This document shows, piece by piece, positions 58,233-64,000 of a DNA stretch of 64,000 nucleotides. The position numbers and the translations under genes were made by a program. The notes beneath the pieces were generated by a model. The model ran no database searches. It saw nothing but the letters and a program-made list of their open reading frames with translations, and was not told where the DNA came from. Position 1 is the stretch's first letter; every line of letters starts with the position of its first letter. Source of the stretch: Octopus sinensis (lineage: Eukaryota); assembly GCF_006345805.1 (NCBI RefSeq), contig NC_043012.1, positions 9,982,001 to 10,046,000 on the forward strand. The letters run 5' to 3'.

Positions 58233-58512
58233 CAGAATGTGGAATCTAATAACAGAAACAATTCCTATCATAGTAGGTGCATTAGGCATCATAAAAAATA
58301 TTCAGACAAATACATAACAAAAACACCAGGACTTACAAACACATATAACATACAGAAAATTGCACTACTAGGTACTGCACACATCCTACGCAGAACACTT
58401 TCCATACAATAACCATCAGAGCATCACAACAAATCACAGCACATACCCAAGGCACACAGAGCTGCGCTCGGCAGTGAAGTGAAAGCACACTATAAAAATA
58501 AAACTACTGAAT
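58232..58512 (+). mobile_element. R4/Dong-like retrotransposon 3' end inserted in (TAA)n
   Basis: TIPIIVGALGII..(frameshift)..NIQKIALLGTAHILRRTLSIQ* plus a short 3' UTR, with long (TAA)n on both sides. Confidence 0.8.
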
Positions 58513-58516
58513 AATG

Positions 58517-58583
<67 letters not shown>

Positions 58584-59089
58584 TAATGATGTTACATTTC
58601 TACATTATCAGGTTGTGACTTTTCTTATGTTTGAGACATCAATTATTTGACTTTGCTAACATGTAACGAAATTTATTATATGATGTCGTCTTAATAATTT
58701 AGATTTATAAGTTCAAAGACAAGGTACATGTTTAATCTTTATATGAGGTCGCTGCTAATATACTCGTACATTCATTCATATACATTCATATGTGTGTGCA
58801 CAAATACAATTATGTACGTACGTGTGTCTGTCTGTATCTATGTGTGCACGTGTATATATGTGATTGTGTTTGGTGATTCGTGGACTAGTGCTTCCAGTTT
58901 TGCATTCCTCATCGCAAAATAGATTTTTCTTTTTCCTGGTCTAGGCGATACGCTGTGTTCCTCAGCAAAGTAATCCATGTTCTGTTGCTCAAGTACACTC
59001 AACTGGCAAAAATGAGTGATCCTGCGAGGAGCAGCAGCGTCCCGTCTGAAGCTGGGTGTATATTAAATATATATATATATATATATATA

Positions 59090-59320
59090 CTTTATTTAAA
59101 GCAGCAGAAAATTCAACAAAACCTGTTACTCTGAGTGTCCCGTTGCCGTTCACCGGACAGTTTTTTCTAGCAAAAACTGTCCGATGAACGGCAACGGGAA
59201 ACTCAGAGTAACAGATTTTGTTGAATTTTCTGCTGCTTTAAATAAAGCATATTACTCTACCACTGGTATTTGAGTACTCTTTTTTCCACCTTGTTTCACA
59301 TTTATGTGTTTACTCCGGTA
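59090..59320 (+). mobile_element. TA-flanked hairpin element with two head-to-head hammerhead motifs (59118-59165 minus, 59172-59219 plus)
   Basis: 59090-59247 is a near-perfect palindrome. The plus copy reads aaaactgt CCGATGA acg gcaa cgg GAAA ctcagag TA acagatttt. Confidence 0.8.
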
Positions 59321-59321
59321 T

Positions 59322-59355
<34 letters not shown>

Positions 59356-60513
59356 CTAGCAGTATCGCCCGGCGTTGCTCGGGTTTGTAAGGGAAATAAC
59401 TATATAAGCATTTTTAGAGAGTTATAGCCAAAAAATAGCAAAAAAATGCATTAAAAATTGAAAAAAAATTAAGGTAAATTTTTCTTTAAATCGTTGACAC
59501 ATCGTAGATATTTTTAGAGAGTTACTTCCCTTATATAAAAGCGAAAAAATGCATTAAAATGGAAAAATATGATCGTAATTTTTTTTTAAATCGTAGACTC
59601 ATCGTAGACGCGCGCTAATACCCTGAAGGGCTCGTTTGTTATTCTGGGTAACTTTCTGTAAAATTATTAAAATTTTATTCAAACATCGCTATAGAAAATG
59701 GGTTATTAGCTAATATTCAATTGGGTATACAACAAAATTTTACGATAGAATTTGTTATTCTGGGTAACATTCTGTAAAATTATTAAAATTTTGTTCAAAC
59801 ATCGCTATAGAAAATGGGTTATTAGCTAATATTCAATTGGGTATACAACAAAATTTTACGATAGAATTTGTTATTCTGGGTAACTTTCTGATACCCATAA
59901 TAATATTTATGGTAAAATAGGCCTTAATTTCATTTAAGGTTGTGGGAAATAACAAACTATCGTTTCTTTCGTTTTGTTTACGTTTAGCGTAACAGTTCGT
60001 TTCTGCCGTAATGATTTCAAATGGGCTCATTCGAAAAAGTAAATAGAAATAGTGTAAGGCTTTACTCTTCTGGGAAAGTCTGTGGCTTGGTGCAGTTTCT
60101 TCAGAAAAATCACCGAAAGAAACAGTTTTTAAATTTTCACTCCATTCAGGTGCTAATTCGTGTTCTTAATCGCTGTCGGATTCACTGTTTTCACTTTAAT
60201 AGCTGCCAACTTGCAAAGACAAAGGAGGAGAAAGGTGATAGCGTCAGTGAAACAATTCGCTCCCTTTGTGTGTGTGTGCGTTTGCGTGTGGTGTAAACCA
60301 GACTAAGAAAAGCGTTTGACACACACACCAGAATGTGAGTTTTCTGTAAATTTTGCTTAATTGGAGTTTAAATTTTAAAAACTGGACCTGGCATGACGCG
60401 ATGCATTGTACTCTTAAAATTGCTAGGTAAATTGTAATTGAAGAAATCCTATATTGTAGATTTCTATAACTCCCAAAGGGAGGCAGATAAAATCTGCCTT
60501 TTATAATAAGAGA
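59356..60513 (-). mobile_element. Non-autonomous Helitron-like element carrying a piggyBac-like transposase fragment and a 116-bp tandem repeat
   Basis: The minus strand starts with TC after an A, ends cccgagcaacgccggg (hairpin)..CTAG before a T, and has no TSD. Internal ETNCYAK..PTTLNEIKAYFTINIIMGIRKLP resembles a PGBD N-terminus. Repeat units start at 59635, 59751 and 59867. Confidence 0.7.
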
Positions 60514-60519
60514 TATATA

Positions 60520-61090
60520 TGAGCAACAGGATATTAAGTACTGATACAGTACGACCGTTTCCAGTGGTTGCATTTAGGTGAACAATGCTATCATTACATC
60601 AGTTTATATGCAGTACTATCATCAGCTGCACAAATTAATATAATTTTAGCCAGTTGAACACATCAAGATACTTTTTCTCAAATACTTTAACAGAGCAAGA
60701 AGGCATTCATGCTATCGCTAGTTAATGTTGTCAACTAATTCTCGCCCTTCATTCTAAACAGACACAGTCCCCTAGTCTTAGATTTAGTAGTTGATAGAAA
60801 GACAAATAAATTAGAAATGAACCATAATCCTTTACAAGCTATGAGTCCATTGAGCTTCATGATATTCTTTGCAGTATAGTCAATTTTTAGCAACAATAGC
60901 GACAACATAAATTTCTTCCATCTTCTTGCTCTATTAAGGTTTTTGAGAAAAACTGCATTGTGTCCAACTGGTTGAATTTCTACTTAGTTGTGCATCTGAT
61001 AATAGCTCTGCATCTAAATTAATGCAATGATTGCATTGTTCAATTAAATGGAGCCGCTCGAAACGGTCGTACGGCACCAATTCTTGATAG
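60520..61090. repeat. Diverged fold-back element (60520-60705 vs 60920-61090), with relatives at ~21090-21430 and ~15430-15585
   Basis: Reverse-complement arms, plus shared ttctaaacagacac.gtcc.ctag and gaaacggtcgta.tgca segments. Confidence 0.6.
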
Positions 61091-61351
61091 CACGGTCCTT
61101 ACTTCCAGCTGTGCGAATAACACCGGACTAACTTGGTGCTTCAACTTAAGAACCTAATTCAACTGAATCTGAATTATATATATATATATATATAGATATA
61201 TATATATGTATATATATATACATATTTATATAATATATATATATACGTATATGTATATATATCCATGTATATATATATATGCACATGTATATTTTAAATA
61301 TATATGTATATTTATACAAACACTACACACACACACATATATACATATACT

Positions 61352-61383
<32 letters not shown>

Positions 61384-61471
61384 GTTGAAATTTACAGAAA
61401 AGCAAAAGACGATGGCAGGTGTATAAACAGAAAAGAGGTGTATCAGTTTAACGCTCGAGAAGATGAGAAAA

Positions 61472-61508
61472 CCTTTTACGTTTCGAGCCTAAGCTCTTCA
61501 ACAGAAAG
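61472..61508 (-). ncRNA. Hammerhead-like motif, CTGTTGA-core family, next to (TA)n
   Basis: cttt CTGTTGA a gagc ttag gctc GAAA c GTA aaag. Stem I cttt/aaag, with a palindromic ACGT stem III. Confidence 0.65.
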
Positions 61509-61873
61509 AAATACGAGAGAATAAGAAAATGTTTTGGCGCTGGCGGTCATATCATGGCGGCTGGCTGGACAGAGGTAGTTAGTCAGGAGATTTAGGAAGA
61601 AGGGGAGATAATAAATTATTGGGGCTCCCAAAACGAAGGTGTGCGTGCGTGTGTATTTGAGAGAGTGTATGTGGTGCATGTGGATAGGAGCTGGTGACTT
61701 TGTGTGCATATGTGCGTGTGTTTGAGTGCGTGTCTGTAAAGTGTGTGTGCGGAAGATGCTGTAGGTGTTGGAAATGATACGTGTATATATATAATATACA
61801 TGTATATATTTACGTATATATATATATGTATATATATATATAGAAAAAAAATATATATACATAAATGTATGTA

Positions 61874-61905
<32 letters not shown>

Positions 61906-62144
61906 CGAATTTTCTCGACCTGTGTCTAGATATTCCCTAGGTGGATGATCTTGTGGTTAGAGTGTTCTATTCCCGATTACCCGGACCGTGTGATGCGATG
62001 TGTTTTTAAGCAAAATACCTCATCTCATGTTGCTCTGCCTTCATTTTGACATGTAAAGTGTGATACAACTTGTAACTGTACATTTTCTATATAATGGAAA
62101 AAGCATACAGCGCGTACATTTGTCCACTGTAAAGAAATGATCAT

Positions 62145-62204
<60 letters not shown>

Positions 62205-63642
62205 TACATACAGAGAAAGCGAGACAGAGTGAGAGAGAGAAGGGAGAGAAAGTGTGAGAGAGAGATGCAGAGTGAAAGGAAGATAGAGAAAGGGAGAAAG
62301 AAAAAGGATGGGAAAAAGGGAGTGAGTGATGGAATAGTATATATGCACGAAACAGCCGAACGATTAAGGCGGTTGTTTGACATCGAAGAGGTCTTCAGTT
62401 CGGTCCTACTTATCGGCGCATGCCGTAAATTTTATTTGTTATAACCTCCTTGGATGAGAAAAAAATGCATAACAAGCCCTTCATATTTCTGATACAGCAT
62501 AACGAGGATTGTTTTTGAGAAGGAGTGGTACCTATGTCTGCGGAGTACTAAGCCACGTACACGTTAATTCAATGCGTAAGTAAATAATTATGTTCATCGA
62601 GCGACTGAATATCCTTCTACGAAATCGACCAGGGACCACATATGTATGACAAGCTTATTAGATTTCAGACCGAGATTTTAGTCCGAGCTACGTTATTGTT
62701 TAGATATATTTTTCTATCATTTGTTTAGCTCAGTTAAAATCCGAAATTCTATGCATCTCTTCTTGAGAGTATGTTTGGCCATGGTTTTTGTTGCCAGATC
62801 TTTTCTATAACAAACACAAGGGAAGAGATATATGTTGACATCGCTACTGTACTTTCAGTTTGTTTATCGTTGTATGTCATTTACCGATTAATGAAAGTTA
62901 TCTGCATTTATTTTTCGCATTGTATTCTTGTATAAATATTATTACAATAAGTAAACTACTAAGATTTAGACAATTCTCCATACGACAAATATGTTGTTTA
63001 CCAATAATTCCTCTAGTTTTGTTTTGTATTGTTAGGCGTCAGAAAATACGATTGATAAATTTTATAATATACCAGAAATAGAAATATTAACATTACATAC
63101 AAATCAGATCCGTACAACTGAAGCAATAACGGCAATAATAAAATAATATATTTGTGACTGTCAATAAAGACGAATATAGATTGCAAAAACTAGCGCTTCA
63201 ATGAAGGACAGAAACATATTTATCACGATTCAGAAAGAGAAACCCATCAAATTCAAGAATTAAACTGAATGATACACGCATGAATAGAATGTTATTCGCT
63301 GCTTCTCTTACAACAGTGACTGGGAATGTCAAATAAAGAAATAAACGTACACAAGCGATATAATTCCTTCCAGAAGGTGTCTATGGGAGGGGAAAATGTC
63401 CAAACACCCTCTCATTTAGTTGACATTATCAAAAATATATATCTCAAAAATATATATCTTAAAAAATATTAAGTATATTATTATCCTGAACCAAGAATTT
63501 CCTACCGAATTCATAGTAATTGACAGAAGTGGTAACATATCTAACTTGAACACTTTATCAGCTACATCCCATTCCGCTGGCACAAAGAATAAAATCTGTA
63601 TTAAATAAAACAGTGGAAAACCTATCAGTCTCTTGTACTGTA

Positions 63643-63878
63643 AGGCGGTGAGCTGGCAGAAACGTTAGCACGCCGGGCGAAATGCGTAGCCGTATTTCGT
63701 CTGCCGTTACGTTCTGAGTTCAAATTCCGCCGATGTCGACTTTGCTTTTCATCCTTTCGGGATCGATTAAATAAGTACCAGTTACGTACTGGGGTCGATA
63801 TAACCGACTTAATCAGTTTGTCTGCCCTTGTTTGTCCTCTCTGTGTTTAGTCCCTTGTGGGTAGTAAAGAAATAGGTA
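63643..63878 (+). mobile_element. SINE family B
   Basis: Near-identical to 44230-44462. Confidence 0.9.
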
Positions 63879-64000
63879 TGTTTTCTCTGTCTGTAAGAGA
63901 AATTATATAAGCAAAATAACAAACTGTAGACTATTCTTCTTAATCCCACTTTTGAAATCTGAAGATCGAGAATCGAAAAAAATGTTATCTCCGTCCCCGG

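Noticed and set aside
59635-59890. Regularly spaced repeats that could suggest a CRISPR array
   Set aside because: Whole 116-bp units are duplicated with no unique spacers, the context is eukaryotic, and there are no cas genes.

Overview
AT-rich, microsatellite-dense eukaryotic DNA. The repeat landscape suggests an octopus or other cephalopod genome (inference). Only one host coding exon is recognisable: the terminal exon (35695-35294, minus strand) of a rhodopsin-family neuropeptide GPCR resembling luqin/RYamide receptors. The rest is intronic or intergenic and filled with transposon relics: three tRNA-headed SINE families, RTE, CR1 and R4/Dong-like LINE fragments, Tc1/mariner relics, a Chapaev3-like DNA transposon and a Helitron-like element carrying a piggyBac fragment. 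The main non-obvious signal is about 15 hammerhead-ribozyme (HHR) motifs of minimal type I architecture. They belong to many sequence families, and several carry non-canonical cores. They sit in small elements inserted in (TA)n/(TAA)n microsatellites. Many form head-to-head fold-back structures, some of which include Penelope-like GIY-YIG endonuclease fragments. All calls were made by eye, boundaries are approximate and no database searches were run. Most ORF-track entries are microsatellite translation artefacts.
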